Below are positions 29,243-39,277 of a stretch of DNA of 64,000 bases, piece by piece. Source of the stretch: Nitrospirota bacterium (GTDB lineage Bacteria > Nitrospirota > UBA9217); contig CAVVOB010000023.1 of the NCBI GenBank assembly GCA_963749655.1, forward strand, positions 1-64,000. Direction: 5' to 3'. Each line of letters opens with the position of its first letter. Position 1 is the stretch's first letter. The position numbers were made by a program, and so were the translations under genes. The notes under the pieces are model-generated. The model was given only the letters and a program-made list of their open reading frames with translations, was not told where the DNA came from and did not search any database.

Positions 29243-29585
29243 TCTCCTGGTGCGGTGCATCATCGGCGTGAACGACGATGAGCGCAGGAACAAGCAGGAC
29301 GTTCTGATCAATATAGCGCTGTCCGCGGACCTGTCCGCAGCAGGCCGAAGCGACCGGATCGGAGATTCGGTGGACTACCGCGCCTTGAACAAACAGATCG
29401 TGGCCATGGCGGAGAATTCTCAGTTCTATCTCGTCGAGGCGCTGGCAGAGGCGACAGCCGCCATCTGTCTTGCGCACCCGTCGGTCCGCGAAGCGACCGT
29501 CCGCGTGGAAAAACCCGGGGCGCTCCGCTTCGCCCGAACCGTGGGCGTGGAGATCACGAGAAAGCAGACAAAGAGCAGGCCATGA
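29220..29585 (+). CDS. folB: Dihydroneopterin aldolase/epimerase (FolB/FolX family)
   Basis: IIGVNDDER..KQ, SVDY, LVEALAE, VEKPGALRFA. Confidence 0.88.
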   Translation: MDRIVISDLLVRCIIGVNDDERRNKQDVLINIALSADLSAAGRSDRIGDSVDYRALNKQIVAMAENSQFYLVEALAEATAAICLAHPSVREATVRVEKPGALRFARTVGVEITRKQTKSRP

Positions 29586-30115
29586 CGCGGGCCTACGTGA
29601 GCATGGGCTCGAACATCGACCCCGAGACAAACATCCGGCTCGCGGTGCACCGCTTCAGACAGGAGCAGGACCTGTCGCTCCGATCGATATCGACCGTGTA
29701 CCGGACCGAGCCCCTCGGTCGGGCGGGGCAGCCGCCATACTATAATTGCGTGGTCGAAATCGAAACAGCAATCCCGCCCCTTGATCTGAAGTTCAGGGTG
29801 CTGCGGGGGATCGAGGCCGCTCTCGGCAGGGTCCGGACCGATGACAAATATGCCGCGCGCACCATCGATCTCGATCTCATAGTGTATGACGATCTCGCGA
29901 TTGCCGCAGAAGGCCTTACCCTGCCTGACCCCGACATACTCCTGCGGCCGTTCCTCGCGATCCCGCTCCAGGAACTGGCGCCGGATTTGATCCTGCCGGG
30001 ATCCAAGATCAGCATAAACGAGGCGGCGGCAGCAATGCCCCGTGATTCAATGACGCCGCTCGACGGCTTTACCGACCTCCTTCGAAAGGACATCGCGCAT
30101 GGACGAACAGAATGA
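29582..30115 (+). CDS. folK: 2-amino-4-hydroxy-6-hydroxymethyldihydropteridine diphosphokinase
   Basis: MGSN, YYNCV, RTIDLDL, LPDP...RPF. Confidence 0.92.
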   Translation: MTRAYVSMGSNIDPETNIRLAVHRFRQEQDLSLRSISTVYRTEPLGRAGQPPYYNCVVEIETAIPPLDLKFRVLRGIEAALGRVRTDDKYAARTIDLDLIVYDDLAIAAEGLTLPDPDILLRPFLAIPLQELAPDLILPGSKISINEAAAAMPRDSMTPLDGFTDLLRKDIAHGRTE

Positions 30116-30674
30116 AACGATCGAACATCTCGTGAGAAAGCTGCTGATCGAGCTCGGCGAGGACCCGAGGCGGGAAGGCCTGGTGGACACGCCCAAACGC
30201 GTCGCAGCCGCCCTGAAATATCTCACTTCGGGCTACCGCGCCGACGTCGATACGCTCATCAACCAGGCCATCTTCGCCCAGGAGACGACCAGCATGGTCG
30301 TGGTCAAGGACATCGAGGTCTACAGCCTCTGCGAGCACCACCTGCTGCCGTTCTACGGCCGGTGCCACATCGGCTACATTCCCCGCGGCAAGGTCTTCGG
30401 CATCAGCAAGCTCGCCCGGCTCGTGGACATGTACGCACGGCGGCTCCAGATCCAGGAGCGGCTGACGGAGCAGATCGCCTACGCGATCAAGGACTCGATC
30501 AACGCCGACGGCGTGGGCGTCATGATCGAGGCGCGCCACCTCTGCATGATGATGCGCGGCGTGGAAAAGCAGAACTCCAGCTTCGTGACCTCATCGGTGC
30601 TCGGCGTGTTCCGCTCGAACCCGGCGACGCGCGAGGAATTCCTGTCGATCCTGAGCAGGCCGGGGCCGTCTTGA
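30099..30674 (+). CDS. folE: GTP cyclohydrolase I
   Basis: [35 protein letters not shown]. Confidence 0.97.
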   Translation: MDEQNETIEHLVRKLLIELGEDPRREGLVDTPKRVAAALKYLTSGYRADVDTLINQAIFAQETTSMVVVKDIEVYSLCEHHLLPFYGRCHIGYIPRGKVFGISKLARLVDMYARRLQIQERLTEQIAYAIKDSINADGVGVMIEARHLCMMMRGVEKQNSSFVTSSVLGVFRSNPATREEFLSILSRPGPS

Positions 30675-30755
30675 AAAGTCCGATTACCGTTTTTAGTTTT
30701 TAGTTTTGAGTTGTGAACGCATCGCAAAGGCTTAGAGAATAGTGCAAATGTCTAT

Positions 30756-31280
30756 ATGCGATCGATCTTTACCATCGGCCATTCCACTCATGCCATCGAC
30801 GATTTTTTGGAAATGCTCAAAGCCCACGGCATCAAGCAGGTTGTCGATGTGCGTACCATTCCGAAGTCCCGCCACAACCCGCAGTACAACAGCGACACGT
30901 TGAAGGAAACGCTGAAGCGCTCCGGCATCGGGTATGTCCACCTGCCGAAACTGGGCGGACTGCGCCATGCGAGGAAGGACTCGGTAAACACGGCCTGGGA
31001 GAATGCGTCCTTCCGGGGATTTGCCGATTACATGCAGACGGGGGAATTCGAAGAAGGCTTGCGGGAACTGCTTGAAACTGCAGACGGACGGAAGACCGCG
31101 ATCATGTGCGCCGAAGCCCTGCCCTGGCGCTGCCACCGCTCGCTCATCGGGGACGCCCTCCTCGTGCGCGGGATCGAGGTGCTGGATATCATGAGCCGGG
31201 CCTCAGTGAAACCTCACGTAATGACGCCATGGGCCGAGATTAAAGGTACGAGGGTTATCTATCCGAAGAAACAAACTTGA
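30756..31280 (+). CDS. DUF488 family protein
   Basis: TIGHS, VDVR..P.SR, LGG, MCAE..WRCHRSLI. Confidence 0.88.
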   Translation: MRSIFTIGHSTHAIDDFLEMLKAHGIKQVVDVRTIPKSRHNPQYNSDTLKETLKRSGIGYVHLPKLGGLRHARKDSVNTAWENASFRGFADYMQTGEFEEGLRELLETADGRKTAIMCAEALPWRCHRSLIGDALLVRGIEVLDIMSRASVKPHVMTPWAEIKGTRVIYPKKQT

Positions 31281-31566
31281 CGCACCAAACGCGTGGACCA
31301 TGACCACTATGTCTTTGGCAGAATTGCGGAACGAAGAAATTCCTGAGATGCGTTCTGGGAAATTTAGCCTACAAATGCAGGTTCTTCCTGCCGTTGCGGG
31401 ACAACGGCGACAAAGAGCATGATACTTGGACGATCAGGACGGCCATTCATCTTTTCTATGACAGCGGTAATTGCACTCCTGTTATTCAACCATCGATGAA
31501 AAGCATTGAGCACTCCCCGCCCTACGTAGCCGACCTTCTTTCCGTTTTCACAGCAACACTCGCCTT

Positions 31567-31977
31567 TTATCCGAATGGATTGATGACCTCAAGACCCGGA
31601 TAGTCGAAGTCCCGGGCATTCCTCGTCACCAGCGCCAGATCGTGATGCAGCGCCGTCGCCGCAAGAAGACTGCCGATCGTGGGGACCGAGCGGCCGACCT
31701 CGGCGAGCAGCCTGCCCCACCGGTCCGCAACAGCAAGGTCCACGGGAAGCACCCGCCCTTCGAACCAGCGCGGAAGCTCGTGATCGAGCCAGAGCCGGAG
31801 CTTCTCGCGTCTTTTCCTGTCCGCGAGCGCCTCGATGCCCTTGCGGATTTCCCCGACCGTCAGCACGCTCACAAAAAGAGACTCTGCGGGGAGCAGCTCG
31901 AGCCAGGCAAGCGCCGTCTTATTGGGGGCGCGCCGGATGGTTTCGGACACAACGTTTGTATCGAGCAGATAGCTCAT
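31567..31977 (-). CDS. VapC/PIN-domain toxin
   Basis: YLLDTNVVSE, LVTRNARDF; overlaps the antitoxin gene. Confidence 0.92.
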   Translation of the reverse strand: MSYLLDTNVVSETIRRAPNKTALAWLELLPAESLFVSVLTVGEIRKGIEALADRKRREKLRLWLDHELPRWFEGRVLPVDLAVADRWGRLLAEVGRSVPTIGSLLAATALHHDLALVTRNARDFDYPGLEVINPFG

Positions 31978-32225
31978 GCGATATCGGCTTCGCGCGTAAG
32001 AGTCTGCTCGCGTCCGAGCTTGAGCTCCATGCCGAACAGCGGCGACCGCCGCATGAATTCGACAAAGTTCCCCTTCGGCTTCTTCAGCCGCTCATACTCC
32101 CCGCTCGAAAGGACCACAACGCTCGGCTGCCCGTGGACCGTGATGCTCTGCGGCCCTTCCTTCTTCGCTTTCTTGATGACCTCGCTCAAGCGGGCCTTTG
32201 CTTCCTGGAGCTGCCACGTATTCAT
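31974..32225 (-). CDS. Phd/YefM-family antitoxin
   Basis: WQLQEAKARLSEVI...GPQSITVHG; promoter TTGCAA-N17-TATATT and TGACCA direct repeats upstream. Confidence 0.92.
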   Translation of the reverse strand: MNTWQLQEAKARLSEVIKKAKKEGPQSITVHGQPSVVVLSSGEYERLKKPKGNFVEFMRRSPLFGMELKLGREQTLTREADIA

Positions 32226-32412
32226 AGCGGCCTCCTTATTTGGTCAGTCTGGTCAGAATAATATAGCATAATTCTTGCCGGATTGCAAAGCCTCGAAATC
32301 GGCTGTTTCAAGACCTGTCCACAATCACCATCGATGTGCCCTGCACATAGGTTTCTCCTGTGATCCCTGCGGGACAACGGCGCATACCTGCAGAAACAAC
32401 GCGAGTTGAGCG

Positions 32413-32573
32413 GTAGGCATGGTAGATCCAGTTATAGCGAGTGGACGTGTGGGAGGGTGTTCAGGAAGCTGATCCGGTCCTGGTCGCTCTTGCAGACGGG
32501 CTTTTGCTCGTTGCCCCGAGAGGTTACATGATATACCGCACCGGCATATTCGATCCGCAAGGGACGGGGTCAT
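32413..32573 (-). pseudogene. REP-associated tyrosine (Y1/RAYT, IS200-like) transposase N-terminal remnant
   Basis: Correcting small indels gives MTRPLRIEYAGAVYHVTSRGNEQK...DRISFL...YNWIYHAY; truncated before the HUH motif. Confidence 0.7.
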
Positions 32574-32633
32574 GAGTGAAGAGAATCAGTAGAAAAAAGG
32601 AAAGTCAAGCATTCAATACCAGACCCTGAGATT

Positions 32634-33020
32634 CTAAGATGTTGGCGTGGAATGTTTTCGGAACCATGCCGCGGCATCCTGAACATCGCTCTTCTTGAGA
32701 GCCATACGCAGGGTAAAGGTTTCAAGTTCCTTCTGCGATGCGTTAAGCTCATGTCCGTTCAGCATCAGGAAAAGCCCTGCAGCGGAGATAGCGGTACGCT
32801 TGTTCCCGTCGAGGAACGGATGATTGCCGATGAGCGACTCCGTTAACGCCGCTGCCTTGTGGAACAGATCACGGTACAGGTCCTTTCCCCCAAAGGTTGC
32901 CCGCGGCCGCTCGGCGGCTGAACTCAGCAGCCCGACGTCCCGTACGCCGTGCATGCCGCCGGTCTCGGTAATGAGCCGTGCATGGATAAAGAGCACTTGT
33001 TCCGCCGTCAGGTACCTCAC
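32634..33020 (-). CDS. Doc/Fic-family toxin
   Basis: GVRDVGLL, HPFLDGNKRT Fic motif. Confidence 0.92.
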   Translation of the reverse strand: MRYLTAEQVLFIHARLITETGGMHGVRDVGLLSSAAERPRATFGGKDLYRDLFHKAAALTESLIGNHPFLDGNKRTAISAAGLFLMLNGHELNASQKELETFTLRMALKKSDVQDAAAWFRKHSTPTS

Positions 33021-33265
33021 TTTTTCGCGAGCTCCTTCAGCGCGGGGCGGTACTTCTCAATGAACTCGTTCACCTGACCGGCGAACGCCTTGTCGATTCC
33101 CGGCACCTTACGCTTCTTTCTGACCGGGGCGATCACGATCCTTTCCTGTTCTTCATCAAGCTCGACATTCACGTCTGAGCCGGCGGCAAGATCGAGCTTG
33201 TTCAGGATCTCGACCGGGATCGACACACCTTTGCTGTTCCCTATGGCAACGACCTTTCTGTGCAT
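33017..33265 (-). CDS. AbrB/MazE-family antitoxin
   Basis: RKVVAIGNSKGVSIP; C-terminal KYRPALKELAK typical of Doc partners; TGTTAT...ATAACA operator upstream. Confidence 0.9.
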   Translation of the reverse strand: MHRKVVAIGNSKGVSIPVEILNKLDLAAGSDVNVELDEEQERIVIAPVRKKRKVPGIDKAFAGQVNEFIEKYRPALKELAKK

Positions 33266-33522
33266 TGTCGCCTCCTTCAGTGTTATTACAAGATTATAAC
33301 ATCGCCCGGAGCGTTGTAAAGTGAATTATTGCGGGCTGGAGATCAGCATCCCGATTGGCGGTGATCCCGGCGTCAAGGGATTCTATACGTGGAGGCTAGG
33401 ATATGAAGGGTTTAGCGGAGATTTAAGCAATAGTCCAACAGTATAGACCTGACCCCAGGATGTTTCTTAGCATAATGCAAAGCACTTTGGGAACCAACGT
33501 CCCTGAGTCATCCTGCGCACCA

Positions 33523-36271
33523 TTAAGGCAATTCACTCGCCTTCGTTACAACCCTATACGGCACCCCAAGGGCGCCGATGAAATGCTTTTCGCCGCACTT
33601 GATCTTTCGGGCTTCATCGGTATGCAGCTTACTCATATCAGTTGTGCTCTTCGTTTCCCGGACAAGATAGAGCAGCTCTTCTCCGGTCGGCTGGCCGTGC
33701 GCGTCGCGCGGCTCCATGACTATCGCCCAGTCGGGATTGTACTCCCCTACCGGCGTCGGGACCGTGAACCAGCTCGGCAGTTTGAGATAGAGCTTCACGT
33801 CGTCGCGGTGTTCGAGGTCCTTCACGAACTCACGTTCAGGTCCCGATTCATAAATCACGTGGTCATACACTGATCGCTCAGCAGGGACGAGATAGTCAGC
33901 CCAGCTCGGAATATCTACAAACTGCTCCATCTTATACCATTCATTGATCTTCTCATACTGGATGCCGTTCACGAGCTGATCGAGAATCTTGTCCTTGATG
34001 ATCCGGACTGCCACGCTCGCAAATTCGTGCGGATTTTCGACAGCGGCTTTCTTGCTGTTGGAGCGCTTGTAAACTTCAAGCAGCGTTCCCCGCGTGAGCC
34101 GCACCGGCGGGGTCGTATGCTCCATGAGATTCGCCATGATCTCAAGAAGGTTCGGCAGCGGGTGCCTCTTGTCCAGGTACAGAACCGGCCGGTCCGCGCT
34201 CACCTGGATCGCGTCGAAGGTGTCCGCGGTATTGACCGCAAGTTGCGCCTTGGTCACGGTTACGCGCGGTGGCTTGATCTCGGCCTTGTCGAGTTCAGGC
34301 ATGACATCTGCCAGAAGTTTCTCGGTGTCGATCTTGACCGCGTACCGGGTCTTGTGCTTGATCCTCGACCAGAGCTCCTTGAATTCCGGCCTGAGCGTGT
34401 ATTCCTTGCGGAGCTGCACAGTAACGCGTTTGCGGGCATCCGCCGGCCTGGGCGGCAGGCCTTCCTTGCCGTACTCGTCCTCGATCTCAGACTGCAGCCG
34501 CTCACAGTATTGCTGATAGCTCTCATTCGCAACCACCGTCAGTACGTTGACCTTTTCATCCCGTACCCGGTCGCCCGACTGATCCACGGCAAGCCGGACG
34601 CCTCGCCCGACTTCCTGTCGTTTCTTGACCTCTGAGGTCGTCTGGTTCAGGGTGCAGATCTGAAACACGTTCGGGTTGTCCCAGCCTTCGCGCAAGGCTG
34701 AATGCGAGAAGATAAATGACACTGGCTCTTCAAAGGAAAGCAGACGCTCCTTGTCTTTCATAATGAGGTCGTAGGCTGCCTCGTCTTCCTTGGTCTTGCC
34801 CGAAACCGAGTCCAGTACTTCGACAATTCCGCCTTTGCGCTTCTTCTGCGCGAAATATGACGCTTGGACGGTCGTAGGATCAACGTTTTTCCAATCCGGG
34901 AACTTCGTCTTTGTATCATTGAATGCCTTGATAAACAGCTGCCGGATGATCCCGGTTTCCAGCGCGTAGTTGTCCACCTTGTCGATGAAGAAGAGCGACA
35001 GGACCTTGATGCCTGATTCCTTGAGCTTGGCCTGCTTTCGAAAGTGCTCTTCGATGGCGTAGCGAATCTGCGCTTCAAAGATGGCGTCCTTGTCCGCTCC
35101 GCGCGACTCGCCGGTTTTAAGTTCAACATTGTTGGCGAACCGGACAAAGCCGCCGCCGGGGTTGATCTCGTCAACCTCGAATCCGAGCGTATTCCTTGCG
35201 CTCCGATTTCTTTTCGAGCGAATCGCCCGGCTGGATCGTGACGACCTGTTCCTTGACCGTGCCGTCTTTCATGAGCTTATGAAGCGCAAGTCGGGCAGTA
35301 ATGGTCTTCTTCTCGGTCTTGATGCTGTCCAGGCGCAGGAAGACCTGATTCGCGTCGTTTTCCTTCACGACTGAAGCAACTTCTATGCGTTTGACGAGCC
35401 CCTGCCGGTACGCTTCAAAAGGCGTTAGCCGATAAATGACGTTGTAGGGGTTGCGATGGGTGGCGCTGTAGCGAAGGGCAAAGAGCGGGTCGAGGGCTGA
35501 AAGCGCCTTGACGCGAAGCTCGCTTTCCATGTTCTGCGGCTCGTCGAGAATCAGGACAGGCCGGGCAGCCTGGACAAGATGGATCGGCGTTTCGCCCTGC
35601 AGCCGGTCCGTGGTCTGGCGGATCACGTTCGAGGCCTTGTTAAAGGAATCGATGGTCATGACCATCATTTCCACGCCGTCGGCATTGGCGAAACTCCGCA
35701 CCTGGGAAAGGTTGTCGGAATCGTAGACGTAATAGCGATACGGCGCGTTGCCGTACAGCTCGTTCAAGTGTTTCTCCGTTACCTGCAGGGTCTTGAGAAC
35801 GCCTTCCCGGATCGCAACGGATGGGACGACGATAATGAACTTCCGCAAGCCGTACCGCCGGTAAAGCTCAAGCGCCGTGCGCAGGTAGACGTACGTCTTG
35901 CCGGTGCCGGTCTCCATTTCGATGGAGAAGTTCGGAAATCGCACCTTCTTCTGTCCCGCTGCCGTCTCGATCGTCTCTTCGATCAGCGCAAGGCTCGGAT
36001 CCAGTTGGATGCCGTTTGCGCGCTGAACGTTGTTGAGGTTGAACAGAAGGTCGTCTTCGGTAAGGTTCAGGGTATTGGCGATTGTGCCGGGGAGGATTTC
36101 GGACAGCACGTATTGGCCGCGCTGCTCGGGCGGGAGAAGCGAAGTCTGGCCGTCGCCCATGCCGATGAACACCGACGCGCCGGAAATGCGCTGCTGGCCT
36201 TCAAGCAGGTTGACCGCAGCTTCAACGGCCTTGATTTGGTATTCCTGATTTGCGTCGAATTTGAATTGCAT
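33523..36271 (-). CDS. res: Type III restriction endonuclease Res subunit (frameshift near 35185)
   Basis: METGTGKTYVY, ILDEPQ, YSATH in ORF 35171-36271; SHSALREGWDNPNVFQICT, QEVGRGVRL, YNPDWA...ETK in ORF 33523-34977. Confidence 0.9.
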
Positions 36272-36296
36272 CGTTTATTCTGCCGTTTTTTTAATT

Positions 36297-36370
36297 TGTC
36301 ATTCTGAGCGCCAGCGAAGAATCTCGCTCTTGCCTGAAGTAACGAGACCCTTCGCTTCGCTCAGGGTGAC
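36297..36370. repeat. Inverted pair of GTCA-tagged palindromic repeats
   Basis: TGTCATTCTGAGCGCCAGCGAAGAATCTCG and CGAGACCCTTCGCTTCGCTCAGGGTGAC. Confidence 0.8.
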
Positions 36371-36396
36371 GGAAAAGTAGTTTGCACGCAGCAGGC

Positions 36397-36702
36397 TCAA
36401 TTACTCGAAGAATCGCTTTCCGCGTACCAATCCGCACTCAAATCATTCCACGTAGGATTCATTGTTTCAATCAGAGCAATCTTCTTCGCCCTGAGCCAAC
36501 CCTTGATCTGTTTTTCACGAGTGATTGCCGCCTTGACATCAGGCGTTTCTTCAAAATAGACCAATCTCGAAATGTTGTATTGAGCGGTAAAGCCGGGCGC
36601 CACCTTGTGTTTATGCTCAAAGACACGCTTTACGAGATTGTTTGTCACACCGGTATACAGCGTCTTTGACTTATTGGTCATGATGTAGACGTAGTAGCTC
36701 AT
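36397..36702 (-). CDS. Stand-alone GIY-YIG nuclease
   Basis: YYVYIM...LYTGVTNNLVKRVFEHK...AITREKQIKGW.R.KK..LI...NP.W.DL. Confidence 0.92.
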   Translation of the reverse strand: MSYYVYIMTNKSKTLYTGVTNNLVKRVFEHKHKVAPGFTAQYNISRLVYFEETPDVKAAITREKQIKGWLRAKKIALIETMNPTWNDLSADWYAESDSSSN

Positions 36703-36714
36703 AGTTCAGCGAAA

Positions 36715-36890
36715 GAGATTCTTCGCGGAGTTTATCCTGAGCGAGATTCTTCAGTCGCTTCGCTCCTTCAGAATGACAGTGCTTTGTCACCCTGAACGAA
36801 GTGAAGGGTCTCGGTTCTCGACACATGCAAGCTTCTTCGCGGAGGTCAATCTGAGCAAACCGAGATTCTTCGCTTCGCTCAGAATGACAG
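36715..36890. repeat. Cluster of GTCA-tagged palindromic repeats bounded by a 13-bp direct repeat
   Basis: GAGATTCTTC...CAGAATGACA twice and TGTCACCCTGAACGAAGTGAAGGGTCTCG; AGCTCATAGTTCA at 36696-36708 and 36889-36901. Confidence 0.8.
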
Positions 36891-36898
36891 CTCATAGT

Positions 36899-37207
36899 TC
36901 ATCGGGTTGCATAAAGAACATGCTTTGTCTTCCGTAGATAATCTTTCCGGAACGGATTGCGGACCGCGCTTTCTTCCACAAGATGGACATCATGGCCGAA
37001 TATAATTTTCAGCTCATCGATCATTTCGACCCATTCATAAAGACTCTATCCTGAATTTATTTCGAGATGCACGGCTATATCGATTTTGTCTTCTTCGTTC
37101 AGTTCGCCCTGGACAGCGGAGCCAAACAGTGCAAATTCAGCAACCTTCCACCGGCGACAGAATTCTCTGATTTTGTCCATATGAACATCAATCTTCGTCT
37201 GCACCAT
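36899..37207 (-). pseudogene. Minimal nucleotidyltransferase (MNT) with internal TAG
   Basis: IREFCRRWKVAEFALFGS...NSG*SLYEWVEMIDELKIIFGHDVHLV...RNPFR; the frame continues through the TAG at 37046; DxD motif degraded to KID. Confidence 0.8.
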
Positions 37208-37246
37208 AGATTCTCCTATCAGGCTGTTGATAAAATAAATCTCAAA

Positions 37247-37376
37247 TGTCACTCTGAGCGCAGCGAAGAATCTCGGTTTTCCAATTTCACCAGATCCTTC
37301 ACGCAGCCTGTCCTGAGTCAACGGCGAGACCCTTCGCTTCGCTCAGGGTGACGGACGAAGGGGTTCAGGATGACAG
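37247..37376. repeat. GTCA-tagged palindromic repeat cluster
   Basis: TGTCACTCTGAGCGCAGCGAAGAATCTCGG ... CGAGACCCTTCGCTTCGCTCAGGGTGAC ... TTCAGGATGACA. Confidence 0.8.
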
Positions 37377-37401
37377 CTTAAAATACTTTTTCGACTACTT
37401 T

Positions 37402-39267
37402 CTATATCGTCTTTAACCTGCACTGAAGAGCGAGGTTCGCAACCAGTTCGTCGGTCATTGCCTTATCGCGGCAAATGAACAGGTCGTTCTTTCCCAAAGC
37501 CAGCGCCCGGATCGACGCGGGCTTCAGTTCTTCATCAAGGCAAATGCGGAAGCTCTGCTCCTTGTCCGGGTCCGTAACGTGATACACGGCGTTTTCTGTG
37601 ATGCCAGTCATGCGGATGATTTCGGAATTGAGCCCGTATCCTTCCTTGATAGCAACTTCCCAAACCACGTTCTCGGGCTTCCAGCCGGGAACAAAAGGAT
37701 CGGCAAACGCCGCCATCTGCGCTGCGTATGCCTCGGGGTCTTTATTCTCCGGCCCGGTCCATGGCTTGTAATTGGACTCGGCGAGCTTGAAAACCTTGAA
37801 CCCCAGGTCCTCGGTCTTTTCGCCGTCCTTAAGATCAAGCTTGCCGTCCTTTTCTTTCTTCATTTTGGCAATGACACGGCGGATGCGCTCTTTGCCAATT
37901 TCGGCAATTGTCGCGTACTCTTTGTTCTGAAGCGGCTCGGGTAACTGCACTACAATGAACCTTCGCTGTCCTGCATCTTCCCGATTCTGCTCAATAACAG
38001 CTTGCGCCGTTGCGCAAGAACCTGCAAAAAAATCTAAAACTATATCTTCACCTTTGGACGTTGCTAATTTTAACATGTGCCTTATTAGCCGTGGCGGCTT
38101 CGGTGTATCGAAAACGCTATCGTTAGCGTCAAAAGGGACTAATTCCAGCAGCGCTTTCTTTGCTTCTTGTGTATGTCCAACATCCTGGTATTTCCATAGA
38201 GTTTGAGGCACGATGCCAGCTTTGACATCCGACAGGAATCGTTTCAGCCGAGGCATATTGTTTCCATCATCACCCCACCAAATACGCTTATCCTTGTCCA
38301 GTTCATTAAATTTCTGCTTTGATACACGCCAGTATGTGCCTGTAGGAGGTCCCTCAATAACTCTCCCTGAAGGACATTTCACCGAGTATTTCCCTTCGCT
38401 GTAGTAATTTCTTGCACAGAGATCGGATGATGCCCACGCCCCCCTCGCATCTCCGTCAGGATTACCATAGCGCGACTCCATCTCCTCTGTCCGTGGCAGT
38501 AGTTCGGGAATCCATTTCATAGCATCGCGAGCGTAAACCATGATGTAATCATGATCTTCAGAGAAGTGTTTGGCTGTATTTTTCGGCGAAAATATCTTTT
38601 GCCATACAACAGTAGCCAAGAAATTCTCTTCACCGAATATTTCATTCATAACCATTCGGAGATTGTGCATTTCATTATCGTCAATGCTGACAAAAATAAC
38701 GCCATCGTCCCGAAGCAACTGCCTCGCTACAAACAACCTCGGATACATCATCGAAAGCCACGCCGAATGGTAGCGCCCTGATGTCTCAGGATTATTGGTT
38801 AGCATGTTTCCTTCAGCAGTCTTCTGGCCGGTGAGCTTCAGATAAGTATCGAGCGGATCGGCGAAGTTGTCAGGGTAGACAAAATCGTTGCCCGTGTTAT
38901 ACGGCGGGTCGATGTAGATCATCTTCACCCTGCCGAAATAAGACTTGTACAGGAGTTTCAGGACTTCGAGGTTGTCCCCTTCTATGAAGATATTATTCGT
39001 CTCGTCGAAATTGATGGAATCCTTTTTCGCCGGCACGAGCGTCGCCCTGCTCGGTGTCTGCAAGAGCCGGATCGCATCGCGCTTCCCCGCCCAGGAAAAC
39101 GAGTACCGCTCGGGCCGTGAATCTACCTCTTCGCCCAGCGATTCCCTGAGTTTGTCGAAATCGATCTTCCCTTCGGTAAACGCCTGAGGGAACAGGTCCC
39201 GCAGCTGCTCCATTTGTTCAGGAACAATGGCGGCGGTTTCTTTCTGTACAGGTTCTTTGTTGATCAT
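37402..39267 (-). CDS. mod: Type III R-M DNA methyltransferase Mod subunit
   Basis: IEGDNLEVLKLL, IYIDPPYNTG, FDTPKP, VLDFFAGS; upstream of res. Confidence 0.95.
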   Translation of the reverse strand: MINKEPVQKETAAIVPEQMEQLRDLFPQAFTEGKIDFDKLRESLGEEVDSRPERYSFSWAGKRDAIRLLQTPSRATLVPAKKDSINFDETNNIFIEGDNLEVLKLLYKSYFGRVKMIYIDPPYNTGNDFVYPDNFADPLDTYLKLTGQKTAEGNMLTNNPETSGRYHSAWLSMMYPRLFVARQLLRDDGVIFVSIDDNEMHNLRMVMNEIFGEENFLATVVWQKIFSPKNTAKHFSEDHDYIMVYARDAMKWIPELLPRTEEMESRYGNPDGDARGAWASSDLCARNYYSEGKYSVKCPSGRVIEGPPTGTYWRVSKQKFNELDKDKRIWWGDDGNNMPRLKRFLSDVKAGIVPQTLWKYQDVGHTQEAKKALLELVPFDANDSVFDTPKPPRLIRHMLKLATSKGEDIVLDFFAGSCATAQAVIEQNREDAGQRRFIVVQLPEPLQNKEYATIAEIGKERIRRVIAKMKKEKDGKLDLKDGEKTEDLGFKVFKLAESNYKPWTGPENKDPEAYAAQMAAFADPFVPGWKPENVVWEVAIKEGYGLNSEIIRMTGITENAVYHVTDPDKEQSFRICLDEELKPASIRALALGKNDLFICRDKAMTDELVANLALQCRLKTI

Positions 39268-39277
39268 TCGTCCATCC

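Noticed and set aside
31281-31566. Small gene or RNA between DUF488 and vapC (also 40170-40410 and 48110-48440)
   Set aside because: No convincing ORF or extended structure; only short degenerate palindrome fragments.
35171-35200. Phase variation or regulated frameshift in res
   Set aside because: No repeat tract or slippery heptamer at the junction; indistinguishable from the window-wide indel noise.
37046-37048. Pyrrolysine or amber readthrough in the MNT gene
   Set aside because: TAG replaces a likely TGG, the DxD motif is also degraded, the HEPN partner is missing, and no pyl genes are seen; decay is simpler.
36297-37376. CRISPR array or integron attC cassette array
   Set aside because: Repeats are inverted and nested with irregular spacing; no RYYYAAC/GTTRRRY cores and no integrase.
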